Origin: Pelagibacteraceae bacterium AG-410-D23
GTDB taxonomy: Bacteria > Pseudomonadota > Alphaproteobacteria > Pelagibacterales > Pelagibacteraceae
DNA length: 64,000 bases
NCBI GenBank assembly: GCA_003215185.1
Contig: QCKR01000001.1
Coordinates: forward strand, 21,020-85,019
Direction: 5' to 3'
Numbering within the stretch: the first letter of the stretch is position 1; every line of letters begins with the position of its first letter. Shown piece by piece: positions 20,393 through 31,361 of this stretch. The notes below the pieces were generated by a model. The model made no database searches, was not told where the DNA came from, and saw only the letters and a list, made by a program, of their open reading frames with translations. A program made the position numbers and the translations under genes.

Positions 20393-21062
20393 AAAAAAAA
20401 AAATATTTTTTTATTTAATACTATTTTTTTTTTTAAGTACTCAAATTACCAAAAATAATAAAATTCACAATAATTTTAGTGCCACAATAAAAAATATCGA
20501 AGTAATTGGTTTATCAAATACAAAAAATCAAGAAGTTTTTAATAGTTTAAAATCTTTATTATTTAAAAATATTTTTTTTATAAGTAAAGAAAGTTTTGAG
20601 GATATTTTGAGTGAAAACAATTTGATAGAAACTTTTAATATCAAAAAAATGTATCCCAACAACATTATAGTAGAAATAAAAAAAACAGATTTTTTAGCTA
20701 TTACCAATAAAAATAGTAAAAAATATTATATTGGATCTAATGGAAAATTAATTTTAGTTAAAAATTCAGAATATGTTAATAACGAGTTACCTTTTGTTTT
20801 TACTAAAAGCAACTATACAAACTTTGTACTATTAAAAAAAATTATTGATAAATCCAAATTTAATTTTGAAGAAATTGATTCATTTTATTATTATTCTAGC
20901 AATAGATGGGATTTTAAAACAAAAAGTGGACTATTAATTAAACTGCCTGGTAAAAAAATATTAGAGTCTTTACAAATTGCTCATAACATAAAAGATAACG
21001 AAGAGTTTAAGAATAAAAAAGTTATAGATTTACGAGTAAATAATAGGATTACCACTTATTAA
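20373..21062 (+). CDS. ftsQ: Divergent cell division protein FtsQ
   Basis: N-terminal TM, POTRA-like KMYPN, NRWD, C-terminal VIDLRV; lies between ddl and ftsA. Confidence 0.75.
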   Translation: MLQLKDRKKKIFFYLILFFFLSTQITKNNKIHNNFSATIKNIEVIGLSNTKNQEVFNSLKSLLFKNIFFISKESFEDILSENNLIETFNIKKMYPNNIIVEIKKTDFLAITNKNSKKYYIGSNGKLILVKNSEYVNNELPFVFTKSNYTNFVLLKKIIDKSKFNFEEIDSFYYYSSNRWDFKTKSGLLIKLPGKKILESLQIAHNIKDNEEFKNKKVIDLRVNNRITTY

Positions 21063-22258
21063 TGACTGAAAAAAATTTTCATATTTTTTTTGATTTAGGA
21101 TCCTCTAAAATTAGAGCCACTGCTTTTAATAAAAATGATAAAGATCAAAATTATTTTATTGAAAGAGATTGTTTTTCATCACTTAAATCTGGTCAAATAA
21201 ATTTAATTGAAGCTGAAAAAAAAATTGAAGATATTATTTTTGAATTAGAAAAAAAAACTGATGAATATATAGATAGTATTTCTCTTATGTTGGATGCTCA
21301 GGAGGCTTTATCAATAAATTTATCTCTTTCAAAGAAAAAAGATGGAGAAAAAATTTCTACTGAAGATATACAATATTTAGTTCAAGATGCTAAACAACAA
21401 ATTTTAAAATTTAATCCCGAAAAAAATATAATACATATAATTGTAAAAAATTATAAAGTTGATGATAAAGATTATAACTATCTTCCAGTAGGAACTAGTT
21501 GTAATTTATTTTCAATAGATATAATTTTTATTTGTTTTCCTAAACCTATAATAAAAAATTTAGAAAATTTGTTTTATAAGTTTCAATTAACGATAAATAG
21601 AATTTTTTGTTCAAGTTATACAAAATCATTGAACTATAAAGAGCAATTTACAAAATCCGAAAAAATCTCTTTTATAGATATTGGTTATGAAAAAACATCT
21701 ATAGCTATTTATTATAAAAATAAATTAAATTCTTTTAATGTATTACCAGTTGGTGGGAATCATATAACTAAAGATATTTCAAAGATATTAAGTTTATCAA
21801 ATGAAGAATCTGAAGATATTAAGAGAAGCTTGAATAAAAATATTTCATTTAATGAAGATAATAAGAGCAGTAAAATTTTTAAAGATGATTTTTTGAGTCA
21901 AACAAAACATAAAAAAGAAACTTTAGAGTTAGCACAAAAGATTATTTTTGCAAGAATAGATGAAATTTTAAATTTAGGTCTTGATGTAATAAAACTTAAT
22001 GAAAATTTTGCTGATGTAAATAAATTTAAAATAGTATTAATTGGAGATGGATCAAAAATTTTAGATAATAATTCTATTTATGTTAATGAAATGGAATTTG
22101 ATGTTGAAGAAATAGTTTTTTTTCCAGAAACAATAATTACAATTTGTGAATCGGGCCTAACGTTGAGCAAGGGAAATAATAAACAGGAAGTTGTAATGGT
22201 TCCAAAAAAAAAGAAAACAAACGGTTTTTTTGAAAGATTATTCCATTTTTTTAAGTAG
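21062..22258 (+). CDS. ftsA: Divergent cell division protein FtsA
   Basis: DLGSSKI, IDIG, PVGGNHITKDIS, ARIDEI; C-terminal amphipathic GFFERLFHFF. Confidence 0.8.
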   Translation: MTEKNFHIFFDLGSSKIRATAFNKNDKDQNYFIERDCFSSLKSGQINLIEAEKKIEDIIFELEKKTDEYIDSISLMLDAQEALSINLSLSKKKDGEKISTEDIQYLVQDAKQQILKFNPEKNIIHIIVKNYKVDDKDYNYLPVGTSCNLFSIDIIFICFPKPIIKNLENLFYKFQLTINRIFCSSYTKSLNYKEQFTKSEKISFIDIGYEKTSIAIYYKNKLNSFNVLPVGGNHITKDISKILSLSNEESEDIKRSLNKNISFNEDNKSSKIFKDDFLSQTKHKKETLELAQKIIFARIDEILNLGLDVIKLNENFADVNKFKIVLIGDGSKILDNNSIYVNEMEFDVEEIVFFPETIITICESGLTLSKGNNKQEVVMVPKKKKTNGFFERLFHFFK

Positions 22259-22324
22259 AAATTTGTATTTTATTGTAACATTTGTTGTTTTTTAAGAGTT
22301 CTAAATCAATATTATAAATTCTTT

Positions 22325-23245
22325 ATGTCCGTTTTAAATCAGAAAACGATAAAAAAACCAATATTATTTGATGGTATAGGTTTACACACTGGAAAAAAGG
22401 TTAATATGAAAATTTATCCAGCGGAACCGAACACAGGGATTCTTTTTAAAAGAACTGATTTAAAAAATAACAACCTTGTAACTCCTGGAATTTTTAATGT
22501 TACTAACACAAATCTTTGCACAACTATATCTAACGAGTCGGGTGTAAAAGTTTCAACAATAGAGCATTTAATGGGAGCTTTGTTTGGTAAAGGAATAGAC
22601 AATGCATTGATTGAAATAAATTCTGAGGAAGTACCAATTTTGGATGGTTCTGCAAAAGAATTTGCTGAAAAAATTGACTTAGCTGAAATTAAAACAAGCA
22701 ATACCCCAATAAAAATTGTTAAAATTGAAAAAAAAGTTTCTTATAAAGATGGTCCCAAATTTATTTCTATTGAACCAAATAAGATTAGTTTGGATATAGA
22801 TTTTGAAATTAAATATAATAACTCTCTAATAGGAGATCAGAGAAACTCAGTTAAAGTATATGAGTCAGATTTAACAGAAATATTTAATTCAAGAACTTTT
22901 TGCTTATATGAAGATGTAGAAAAATTAAAACAAATGAATCTTGCTAAAGGTGGTAGTTTAGAAAATGCTATAGTAGTAAAAGGTAATAAAATCTTGAATG
23001 AGGACGGTCTTAGAAATGAAAAGGAATTTGTTAATCATAAAATTTTAGATTGTATAGGAGATCTTTATTTAACAGGTTATAAAGTAATAGGTAATATTGT
23101 TTGTTCTCAAGGAGGACATAAACTAACAAATCAGTTACTAAGAAAGGTTTTTAGTGAAAAAAGTAATTTTTCAATAGTTGAAATTAAAGAAAAGAACATC
23201 CCGCATACACTTATCAATCGAAATATACTTAAATCTATAGCATAA
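22325..23245 (+). CDS. lpxC: UDP-3-O-acyl-GlcNAc deacetylase
   Basis: QKTI, GIGLHTG, TIEHL, PILDGSA, HKILDCIGDL. Confidence 0.97.
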   Translation: MSVLNQKTIKKPILFDGIGLHTGKKVNMKIYPAEPNTGILFKRTDLKNNNLVTPGIFNVTNTNLCTTISNESGVKVSTIEHLMGALFGKGIDNALIEINSEEVPILDGSAKEFAEKIDLAEIKTSNTPIKIVKIEKKVSYKDGPKFISIEPNKISLDIDFEIKYNNSLIGDQRNSVKVYESDLTEIFNSRTFCLYEDVEKLKQMNLAKGGSLENAIVVKGNKILNEDGLRNEKEFVNHKILDCIGDLYLTGYKVIGNIVCSQGGHKLTNQLLRKVFSEKSNFSIVEIKEKNIPHTLINRNILKSIA

Positions 23246-23284
23246 AAGTTTAGAGTTTTTTTAAATATCTGTTAAAAACTTAAG

Positions 23285-24127
23285 ATGAAGATTTTCATTC
23301 GAATTACATTAATTGTTTTCACATTATTATTAATTTCTTGTTCAAGTAATAAAGAAAAAATTTCAGTTATTAAAGAAAAAGATATCGAGTTACAAATGAT
23401 CGATTCATACAAAGAAGGAATGAAAGCATTTAATGACGGCGACGTATTATTTGCCGCCCAAAAATTTAATGAAGCAGAATTACTGTATCCCCAGTCAGAT
23501 TGGGCACCAAGGTCTGCACTAATGGCAGCTTACTCCTATTATTTTCAAAATTATTATGGAGATGCAATTTATGAATTAGAGAGATTTATAAAGACATATC
23601 CATACGATTCAAGAATAGATTATGCTCATTTTCTTTTAGCTATGTGTTTTTATGAAAAAATTGTTGATGAAACAAAAGATTTAGGACCTCTTCTAAAAGC
23701 AGAAAAAAAATTTAAATTTATAATAAAAAAATATCCTGAGACCGACTTTGCATTGGATGCGCAGTTTAAATTAGATTTAATTTATGATATTTTAGCTTCT
23801 AAAGAGATGTATATAGGCAAACATTATATTAAAAAAGAAAAGTGGATACCGGCTATTAATAGATTTAAAAAAGTTGTAGATGATTATGAGACAACTATAT
23901 ATGTAGAAGAAGCACTTCATAGGCTTGTAGAAATTTATTATAAAATAGGTTTAGTCAATCAATCAAAAAAATATGCTAATTTATTGGGTTATAATTATCA
24001 ATCTGGAGAATGGTATACAGAGTCTTATAAATTATTTAATAAAAATTATGAAGACCCAATGAAAAAAATAAAAAAAAAAAAGAAGGGAAATTTTATATCT
24101 AGAAAATTTAAAAGCCTTTTCGATTAA
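23285..24127 (+). CDS. bamD: Outer membrane assembly lipoprotein BamD
   Basis: Lipobox LISC, TPR repeats, AINRF, EEALHRLVE; position after lpxC. Confidence 0.92.
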   Translation: MKIFIRITLIVFTLLLISCSSNKEKISVIKEKDIELQMIDSYKEGMKAFNDGDVLFAAQKFNEAELLYPQSDWAPRSALMAAYSYYFQNYYGDAIYELERFIKTYPYDSRIDYAHFLLAMCFYEKIVDETKDLGPLLKAEKKFKFIIKKYPETDFALDAQFKLDLIYDILASKEMYIGKHYIKKEKWIPAINRFKKVVDDYETTIYVEEALHRLVEIYYKIGLVNQSKKYANLLGYNYQSGEWYTESYKLFNKNYEDPMKKIKKKKKGNFISRKFKSLFD

Positions 24128-24130
24128 CAT

Positions 24131-26161
24131 ATGGTTTATGATCAAACTAAAAAAAAATACTTAAAAAAGATAAAATTACTTGAGAAATATAATAAATTTT
24201 ATTTTGAAAGCAGTCATCCACTGGTTAGTGATAAAGAATATGATCAATTAAAATTAGATATTTTAAAAATTGAAAAAAAATTTCCTTATTTAAAAGATAA
24301 AAATTCACCTTCTTTAAAAGTTGGATTTAAGCCATCTAAAAATTTTGTTAAAGCAAAACATAGAGTTCCTATGCTTTCTTTATCTAATGCATTTAGTGAA
24401 GAAGATTTAAATAATTTTGAAAAAAAAATTATTAATTTTTTAAGCTTAAAACAGAGTAGCGAGTTAGAATTTAGTGCAGAACCAAAAATTGATGGAATAT
24501 CAGCTTCTTTAAATTATAAGAATGGTATTTTTGTAAAAGGTCTTTCCAGGGGAGATGGAATTGAAGGGGAAGATATTACAGATAATTTAAAAACTATAAA
24601 TGATATACCTAAAAAAATATTGTCTAAAAACTTTCCAAGCGAAATTGATATTCGTGGAGAAGTATTTATTACTAATAATGATTTTAAATCCATAAGTGAA
24701 AAATTTGCAAATCCTAGAAATGCTGCTTCAGGTTCTTTAAGGCAAAAAAATTCTAAAGAAACACAAAAAATACCTTTGAAATTCATCGCTTATACTTTTG
24801 GATATGCAAGTAATTTAAGTATTGAAAATCAATCAGATTTTTTAAGCAATTTAAAAGGATGGGGTTTTAAAATAAGTAAGTTTAATAAAACAATTAAAGG
24901 TATTAAAAATTTAGTTTTATATCACGATCAATTTGAAAAAAAACGATACAACATAGATTATGATGTTGATGGCATTGTTTACAAAATAAATAATTTTGAT
25001 TTACAAAAAAGATTGGGTTTTGTAGCTAATGCACCTAGGTGGGCAATAGCTCACAAATTTTCAGCAGATAGTTCAATTTCAAAAATTATAAATATAGATA
25101 TACAAGTAGGAAGAACAGGAGCTCTAACTCCAGTCGCAAAAATTAAACCAGTAAATATTGGGGGAGTAGTAGTTTCAAATGCAACTTTACATAATGAAGA
25201 TGAAATAATTAGAAAAGATATCAGGATAGGAGATGTTGTAAAAGTTGAAAGAGCAGGAGATGTTATACCGCATGTAATTTCTGTAGACAAAAGTAAAAGA
25301 GATGAGAAATCAAAAAAATACATTTTTCCAAATAAATGCCCATCTTGTGGTTCAAAAACAGTAAAAGACTTTAATGAACAAACGAAGAAGCATGATGCTG
25401 TAAGGCGTTGTATAAATGATGGTTTTAATTGTGAAAAAATTGCTATGGAAAATATTAAGCATTTTGTTTCGAAAGATGCTCTAAATATTGACGGACTTGG
25501 TAAAAAGGTTGTTGAAAAATTTTGGGAGCTTAAAATAATAAAATATCCACAAGATATATTTAAGTTAGATTACCATAAAATAGAAAAATTGGATGGATGG
25601 GGAGAATTGTCTGTTTCAAATTTAAAATATGCAATAGAAAAATCTAAAAATATTAAACTAAGCAAATTTATATATTCAATTGGTATAAGACACATAGGCC
25701 AAGAAAATGCAAAACTTATTTCAAAACATCTAAAGAGGCCTGAAAATTTTTTTAAATTGCCGATTAAGTCCGGTATTGAAAGTTTATTAAATATTGATGG
25801 AATTGGAGAAACTCAAATAAAATCAATAAAAAAGTTTTTTTCTAATAAAAGTAATTTAAATGTTTTGATGGAATTAAAAAAATTTATGAAAATCATTGAA
25901 GATGTAGATCTTAAAAAAGAAGGTTTATTAAGTAATAAAACTTTTATGTTTACAGGTAAATTAAAAGAAATGAGTAGAGCAGAGGCTAAATCCTTGGTTG
26001 AGAAAAACGCAGGAAAGATAATTAGCAATGTGAATAAAAAACTTAACTACTTAGTTATAGGAGAAAAACCCACAAATAAAAAAGTAATTAAAGCTAAAGA
26101 TTTAAATATTAATGTAATTACTCAAGATGACTTAATCAGAATGCTAAATAAGACCAGCTAA
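24131..26161 (+). CDS. ligA: NAD-dependent DNA ligase
   Basis: PMLSL, EPKIDG, NPRNAASGSLRQ, Zn finger CPSC, BRCT FTGKL. Confidence 0.98.
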   Translation: MVYDQTKKKYLKKIKLLEKYNKFYFESSHPLVSDKEYDQLKLDILKIEKKFPYLKDKNSPSLKVGFKPSKNFVKAKHRVPMLSLSNAFSEEDLNNFEKKIINFLSLKQSSELEFSAEPKIDGISASLNYKNGIFVKGLSRGDGIEGEDITDNLKTINDIPKKILSKNFPSEIDIRGEVFITNNDFKSISEKFANPRNAASGSLRQKNSKETQKIPLKFIAYTFGYASNLSIENQSDFLSNLKGWGFKISKFNKTIKGIKNLVLYHDQFEKKRYNIDYDVDGIVYKINNFDLQKRLGFVANAPRWAIAHKFSADSSISKIINIDIQVGRTGALTPVAKIKPVNIGGVVVSNATLHNEDEIIRKDIRIGDVVKVERAGDVIPHVISVDKSKRDEKSKKYIFPNKCPSCGSKTVKDFNEQTKKHDAVRRCINDGFNCEKIAMENIKHFVSKDALNIDGLGKKVVEKFWELKIIKYPQDIFKLDYHKIEKLDGWGELSVSNLKYAIEKSKNIKLSKFIYSIGIRHIGQENAKLISKHLKRPENFFKLPIKSGIESLLNIDGIGETQIKSIKKFFSNKSNLNVLMELKKFMKIIEDVDLKKEGLLSNKTFMFTGKLKEMSRAEAKSLVEKNAGKIISNVNKKLNYLVIGEKPTNKKVIKAKDLNINVITQDDLIRMLNKTS

Positions 26162-27856
26162 CCACTTTTTTTCTTTTTTATTTAAAAATTTTGAATATTG
26201 CGAATAAACTTTTAAATGGTATTCAAAAAGATAATTTTTTTCCACTTTATTTAATAATTTAAAATTTATTAATTCATTTTCAATTGGAGCTAAAGTTAAG
26301 TTTTCAAATTTTAATTTATTATTAATTTTTTTTATAAAAACCAAATTTTCTATTCTAATTCCGTAATGATTTTTTTTGTAAAAACCAGGTTCATTACTTA
26401 AAATCATCCCTTCTTTTAGTTTTATAGTATTAAATTTTGAAATAGATTGTGGTCCTTCGTGAACATTTAAAAAGAATCCTACACCATGCCCTGTTCCATG
26501 GGAATAATCAAGACCATCTTTTTTTAAAAACTGTCTAGCTTTGATATCTATTTGTTTTCCATTTTTAAGTTTATTTATGTCTGAAGTAGCAACAGCAATA
26601 TGACCTTTTAGTACTTTGGTAAATTTATCTTTAATAGAGCTCGGTTGTTTTGAAAAACATAAAGTTCTAGTAACATCCGTTGTTCCAAATTTGTACTGTC
26701 CTCCCGAGTCGCACAAAAAAATATCATTTTTTTTTATTTTTCTGTTTGAAGACTTTGATGCTCTATAATGTATGATTGCTCCATTTGGACCTGAACCAGC
26801 AATTGTATTAAAACTAGGAAAGATATATTCTTTATTTAACTTCCTGAATTTTTCTAATTTATTTTGTGCAGAAATTTCAGTTAAATTCTTGTGATCATTA
26901 TTTTTGATCCAATAAATAAATTTAGTTAGTGCTAAACCATCTTTAATATGTGCATTTTTCATATTTTTTATTTCTGTTGAGTTTTTAATTGATTTCATTT
27001 CATAACATGGATCTATGTAACATTTGACATCAAAAGAAGACTTGATAATAGACTCATTAAATGATGAACAAGTAGAGCTGTCTATAGAAAAGTTTTTACC
27101 TGACAATTTACTAATTATTTTAGAAAAATCTTTATATTCACAATATTTAAACTTTTTATAAGGAATAATTTTTCTAATATTTTTTATTTTTAAAGGACAT
27201 GAAAAAAAATAAATTTTTTTATTTTTAGTCATAATGATTTTACAATTTGGTATTGGACTATGAGGGTTATCTTTTCCTCTTAAATTTAGCAACCAAGCAA
27301 CATTTTCTGGTGCACTTATGAATATGTTATCGATGTTTTTTGATTTAATTTTTTTTAGTAATCTATTTATTTTTGAATTTATACTTTCTCCTGCCGTTTT
27401 ATTACTTAAATTATAATAATAGTTAACAGAACTTTTGTTTTTTTCTTTGTAAATATGATCTATTAAATTTTCTTTAATTGGAAACAAGTTGCAAATGGAG
27501 CCAAAATGGTTTGTCAAAATACTATTTGTAAATAATTGAGGATCGAAACCAATTAATAACTTTTTCTTATATTTTTTAAAAATATCTTTTGGCCAAAGTT
27601 TTGGTATTTCAATAATTTTAAAATATTTTCCTGACTCGATTTTTGCCTGTAGGGTATATCTGCCATCTACAAATAAATAATTTTCATTATTTAAAATAAT
27701 GGCAAAACCTGCTGAACCACTGAAATTTGATATTGTTTTTAACCTATTTGGAAATGAATATTCTGCAAAATAAGCATCATTTTTTGGAATGATGTAACCA
27801 TCCAAATTGTAATTTGCAATTAATCTTTTTAATTGTTTAATTTTTTTTACTATCAT
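26144..27856 (-). CDS. Xaa-Pro aminopeptidase (aminopeptidase P, M24B)
   Basis: FSGSAG, DGRY, DSGGQY..GTTDVTRT, HGTGHGVG..LNVHEGP, SNEPG, RIEN. Confidence 0.93.
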   Translation of the reverse strand: MIVKKIKQLKRLIANYNLDGYIIPKNDAYFAEYSFPNRLKTISNFSGSAGFAIILNNENYLFVDGRYTLQAKIESGKYFKIIEIPKLWPKDIFKKYKKKLLIGFDPQLFTNSILTNHFGSICNLFPIKENLIDHIYKEKNKSSVNYYYNLSNKTAGESINSKINRLLKKIKSKNIDNIFISAPENVAWLLNLRGKDNPHSPIPNCKIIMTKNKKIYFFSCPLKIKNIRKIIPYKKFKYCEYKDFSKIISKLSGKNFSIDSSTCSSFNESIIKSSFDVKCYIDPCYEMKSIKNSTEIKNMKNAHIKDGLALTKFIYWIKNNDHKNLTEISAQNKLEKFRKLNKEYIFPSFNTIAGSGPNGAIIHYRASKSSNRKIKKNDIFLCDSGGQYKFGTTDVTRTLCFSKQPSSIKDKFTKVLKGHIAVATSDINKLKNGKQIDIKARQFLKKDGLDYSHGTGHGVGFFLNVHEGPQSISKFNTIKLKEGMILSNEPGFYKKNHYGIRIENLVFIKKINNKLKFENLTLAPIENELINFKLLNKVEKNYLFEYHLKVYSQYSKFLNKKEKKWLAGLI

Positions 27857-29883
27857 TTAATTCTTTTTTGATACCTTATCCATCCTGGGCTTCTTGTTCC
27901 TTCGTTTATTTCAAAATCCTGATTAAATTCAAAATCTTCTTCATTTTTCTCCTCAAAAAAAACATTTTTATCTATATTATTTTCGGGCAATTCGTCAATA
28001 AACCTTGATGCCATACTGTCTATCCAGTCACCTTGGTAAAATCTGCTCATTGAAAAAGATACATTAGCTAATTTTTTTGCTCTTGTTATTCCAACATAAG
28101 CTAATCTTCTTTCTTCCTCTAAACCACTCTCTCCTTTTTCTTCAATAGATTTTTGATGCGGAAAAAGACCTTCTTCCCATCCTGGTAAAAACACAACATC
28201 GAATTCCAAACCTTTGGCAGCATGTATAGTCATTAAATTTATTTTTTCTCCTTGCCAGTCTTGATCCAAAGAAGTTGCTAAAGCAACATGTTCTAAAAAA
28301 CTTTCTAAGTTATCAAATTCTTTCATAGCGCTGAGAAGTTCTTTAATGTTCTCTAATCTATTTTCATTTTCTAAATCCTTTTTATTTTTTAACATTGATG
28401 AATATCCTGACTCATCTAAAATAATTTGTAACAATTTTATGTGACTCATATTTTTTATTTTTAAATCATTTCTCCATTTAGAAATTAGGTTCAAAAATGA
28501 ATTAAGACCAATTTTAGTTTTTGGTTTTATTAAATTTAATTCAATTAATTTTTTTGAAGAAGCTTCTAAATCAAGATTATTTTTGTTTGCATATTCAATA
28601 ATTTGCTTAATAGTTGTATCTCCAATTGATCTTTTTGGATTATTGACAATTCTTTCAAAAGCCAAATCATCTTTTTGCTGATGAACCAGTCTTAAATAGG
28701 CAACACAATCTTTAATTTCTGCTCTTTCGTAAAATTTTGTTCCACCTAATATTCTATACGGCATTCCTATTTTTAAAAATCTTTCTTCAAATTCTCTAGT
28801 TTGAAAAATTGCTCTAACGAGTATTGCAACATTATTTAAACTATATATTTTTTTAATTTTTTTTTCAATTTCATCGGCTACGCCAATAGCTTCTTCTTTT
28901 CCATTTTTAAAACAATTTAATTTTACTAGCTCACCATCAGGCATTTGTGTTTTTAGATTTTTTCCTACCCTGTTTTGATTATTTGATATTAATTTCGATG
29001 CTACAGTTAATATATTTTGTGAAGATCTATAGTTTTGCTCCAATCTGATTATTTTTGTATTTTTATATAACTTATCAAATTCTAAAAAATTTTTTATTTC
29101 AGCTCCTCTCCAACTATAAATTGACTGATCATCGTCACCCACGCAACATAAATTTCCATGTTTTTTTGCCAATAAGTTTAGCCATTTACTTTGTATAAAA
29201 TTAGTGTCTTGATATTCGTCAACTAATATGAATTTGAAATTTTTTGAATAAATTTCACCTATTCCAGGACTATTTTCAAATATTTTAACACAGTGTAAAA
29301 TTAAATCACCAAAATCACATGCATTTAAATCTGTAAGTTTTTGTTGATAAATTTTGTATATTGGCAAAATTACTTTTTCAAAAACATTTTTTTTGCTCAA
29401 CACAACTTCTTTAGGATAAAATCCTTTATTCTTCCATTTATCAATAATAGATAAAATGTATTTTGGAGATAATTGTTTAATATCAATATTTTCAGCTTTG
29501 CAAATATTTTTAATTAATCTTACTTGATCATCCTGATCTATAATTGAAAAGTTTGAATTTAAACCAACTGCTGAAGCATGCTTTCTAAGGATTTTGGCAC
29601 TAACAGAATGAAAGGTCCCTAACCATGAAAGACCAGTCGCCTCTTTTTTAAGCATTTTACTTACTCTAATTTGCATTTCTTTCGCGGCTTTATTTGTAAA
29701 GGTCACAGAGAGAATTTGGTTTGGAAAAGCTTTTTTTTGTCTAATTATATGAGCTATTCTAGAGGTTAATACTTTTGTTTTACCAGATCCAGCACCAGCA
29801 ACAATTAAAAGGGGGCCTTCTAAATAATTTACAGCCTCAATTTGTTCTTTATTTAAATTTTTTAAATATTCTAGGTTCAACAT
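27853..29883 (-). CDS. uvrD: UvrD/PcrA SF1 DNA helicase
   Basis: AGAGSGKT, DEYQDTN, VGDDDQSIY, HAAKGLEF, EEERRLAYV; likely start at the ATG at 29883. Confidence 0.95.
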   Translation of the reverse strand: MLNLEYLKNLNKEQIEAVNYLEGPLLIVAGAGSGKTKVLTSRIAHIIRQKKAFPNQILSVTFTNKAAKEMQIRVSKMLKKEATGLSWLGTFHSVSAKILRKHASAVGLNSNFSIIDQDDQVRLIKNICKAENIDIKQLSPKYILSIIDKWKNKGFYPKEVVLSKKNVFEKVILPIYKIYQQKLTDLNACDFGDLILHCVKIFENSPGIGEIYSKNFKFILVDEYQDTNFIQSKWLNLLAKKHGNLCCVGDDDQSIYSWRGAEIKNFLEFDKLYKNTKIIRLEQNYRSSQNILTVASKLISNNQNRVGKNLKTQMPDGELVKLNCFKNGKEEAIGVADEIEKKIKKIYSLNNVAILVRAIFQTREFEERFLKIGMPYRILGGTKFYERAEIKDCVAYLRLVHQQKDDLAFERIVNNPKRSIGDTTIKQIIEYANKNNLDLEASSKKLIELNLIKPKTKIGLNSFLNLISKWRNDLKIKNMSHIKLLQIILDESGYSSMLKNKKDLENENRLENIKELLSAMKEFDNLESFLEHVALATSLDQDWQGEKINLMTIHAAKGLEFDVVFLPGWEEGLFPHQKSIEEKGESGLEEERRLAYVGITRAKKLANVSFSMSRFYQGDWIDSMASRFIDELPENNIDKNVFFEEKNEEDFEFNQDFEINEGTRSPGWIRYQKRIK

Positions 29884-29924
29884 TTGTAATTTATCATTAT
29901 AAATCAAATAATATTAAATATTAT

Positions 29925-31361
29925 ATGAATAAAATAAAAATTAGTCTTTTAAATAAATTAATAATTTTAAGTATTATTATTTTATTCTCATTTCTATTTT
30001 ATTTATCTGTACCAGCTTTATATGATTATGAAAGACTGCAAAATCAATTAAAATTAGAATTATCTAATAAATTTGACTTAAATATTGAACTTTCAAAAAA
30101 TATTAAATACAGGATTTTGCCTTCTCCGCATTTTGAACTAGTTGATTCTAAGCTTTATTCAGATCCAAATTTAAAATCTGAAATTGTTGGAGATTTAAAA
30201 AATATGAAAATTTATATATCTATAAATAAAATTTACAGTCAAAATAATCTAGAAATTAAAAATATTTTATTTTCAAAATCTGTTTTCAATTTTAATAAAG
30301 ATAATATTGACTTTTTAATAAGTAATCTTAAGAAAAAACCTTCTAAAAAAATTATTATAAAAAAAAGTAAATTTTTTTTTAAAGATAAAGATAAAACAAT
30401 TGTAATTTTTCCTATCAGTCATTTAATATTTAACCATAATAAAAAAAAACATACAAATGAAGTTAAATTGAACGGTCTTGCCTTTAATTCAAAATTTTAC
30501 TTAAATATCATAAAAGAGTTTAAAGATGAAAAAAAAATAAATTTTAATTTAAAATTTCCATCTGCAAATTTATCTTTCAAAAATTCCATAACCAACATAA
30601 AAAATGGAGGTGAAAAATTTAAATCATTGCTTACGGTTAATTTTCTTGGATCAGAAGTTAAAACAGAGTTTAATTATGATAATAATTTACTTAAATTTTT
30701 ATCAAAAAAATCTAAAATTTCTAACAATGATTTAAAATATTCTGGTCTAATTAACTTTAAACCATTTTACTTAGAAAGCGATATAAATATTGAAAAATGG
30801 AACTGGGTAAAGATATTAAATAATGATTATTTAATATCTAATTTGTTAAGCAGCGATTTTGCTATTCATAAAAATTTTAATTCAAAAATAAAAATAAAAA
30901 TAGATTCTTTTTTTAAAAATAAAATCTTTAAAGATGGTAATTTAAATATTGTAACTGAAAATGGAAAAATAAAATTTGACAATACATATTTTGAACTAAA
31001 AGATTTTGGTAATGTCATTTTTACTGATTGTACTTTATTCAACTTACAAGGATTAACAATCTTTAAATCAAATGTTTTATTAAATATTAATAAATCAAAA
31101 AAATTTTACAATGCTTTTCAGGTGCCCATATCTAATAGAAAAGAAATTAAAAAAATTAATTTTGTCATTAAGTCCAACTTATCTTCAAATACAACTGAAA
31201 TTTTAGATATTAAAATAGATTCTAAAGATAAAAAAGAATTACTCGAAAATTTAAACATGATCATTAATAATAATGAATTTAAAATATTGGAAAATACAAG
31301 CAATTGGATAGAGATTAAAAATTTTATAAATGAATTGATAAAAGAAATTAACTTGGTTTGA
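29925..31361 (+). CDS. AsmA-like envelope protein (putative)
   Basis: N-terminal TM then Y.ILPSPH motif and beta-rich body; start moved to the ATG at 29925 to avoid overlap with uvrD. Confidence 0.5.
   Translation: MNKIKISLLNKLIILSIIILFSFLFYLSVPALYDYERLQNQLKLELSNKFDLNIELSKNIKYRILPSPHFELVDSKLYSDPNLKSEIVGDLKNMKIYISINKIYSQNNLEIKNILFSKSVFNFNKDNIDFLISNLKKKPSKKIIIKKSKFFFKDKDKTIVIFPISHLIFNHNKKKHTNEVKLNGLAFNSKFYLNIIKEFKDEKKINFNLKFPSANLSFKNSITNIKNGGEKFKSLLTVNFLGSEVKTEFNYDNNLLKFLSKKSKISNNDLKYSGLINFKPFYLESDINIEKWNWVKILNNDYLISNLLSSDFAIHKNFNSKIKIKIDSFFKNKIFKDGNLNIVTENGKIKFDNTYFELKDFGNVIFTDCTLFNLQGLTIFKSNVLLNINKSKKFYNAFQVPISNRKEIKKINFVIKSNLSSNTTEILDIKIDSKDKKELLENLNMIINNNEFKILENTSNWIEIKNFINELIKEINLV

Noticed and set aside
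29775-29924. Apparent long overlap between uvrD and the AsmA-like ORF
   Set aside because: Resolved by the downstream ATG starts (29883 and 29925), leaving a 41-bp divergent spacer.
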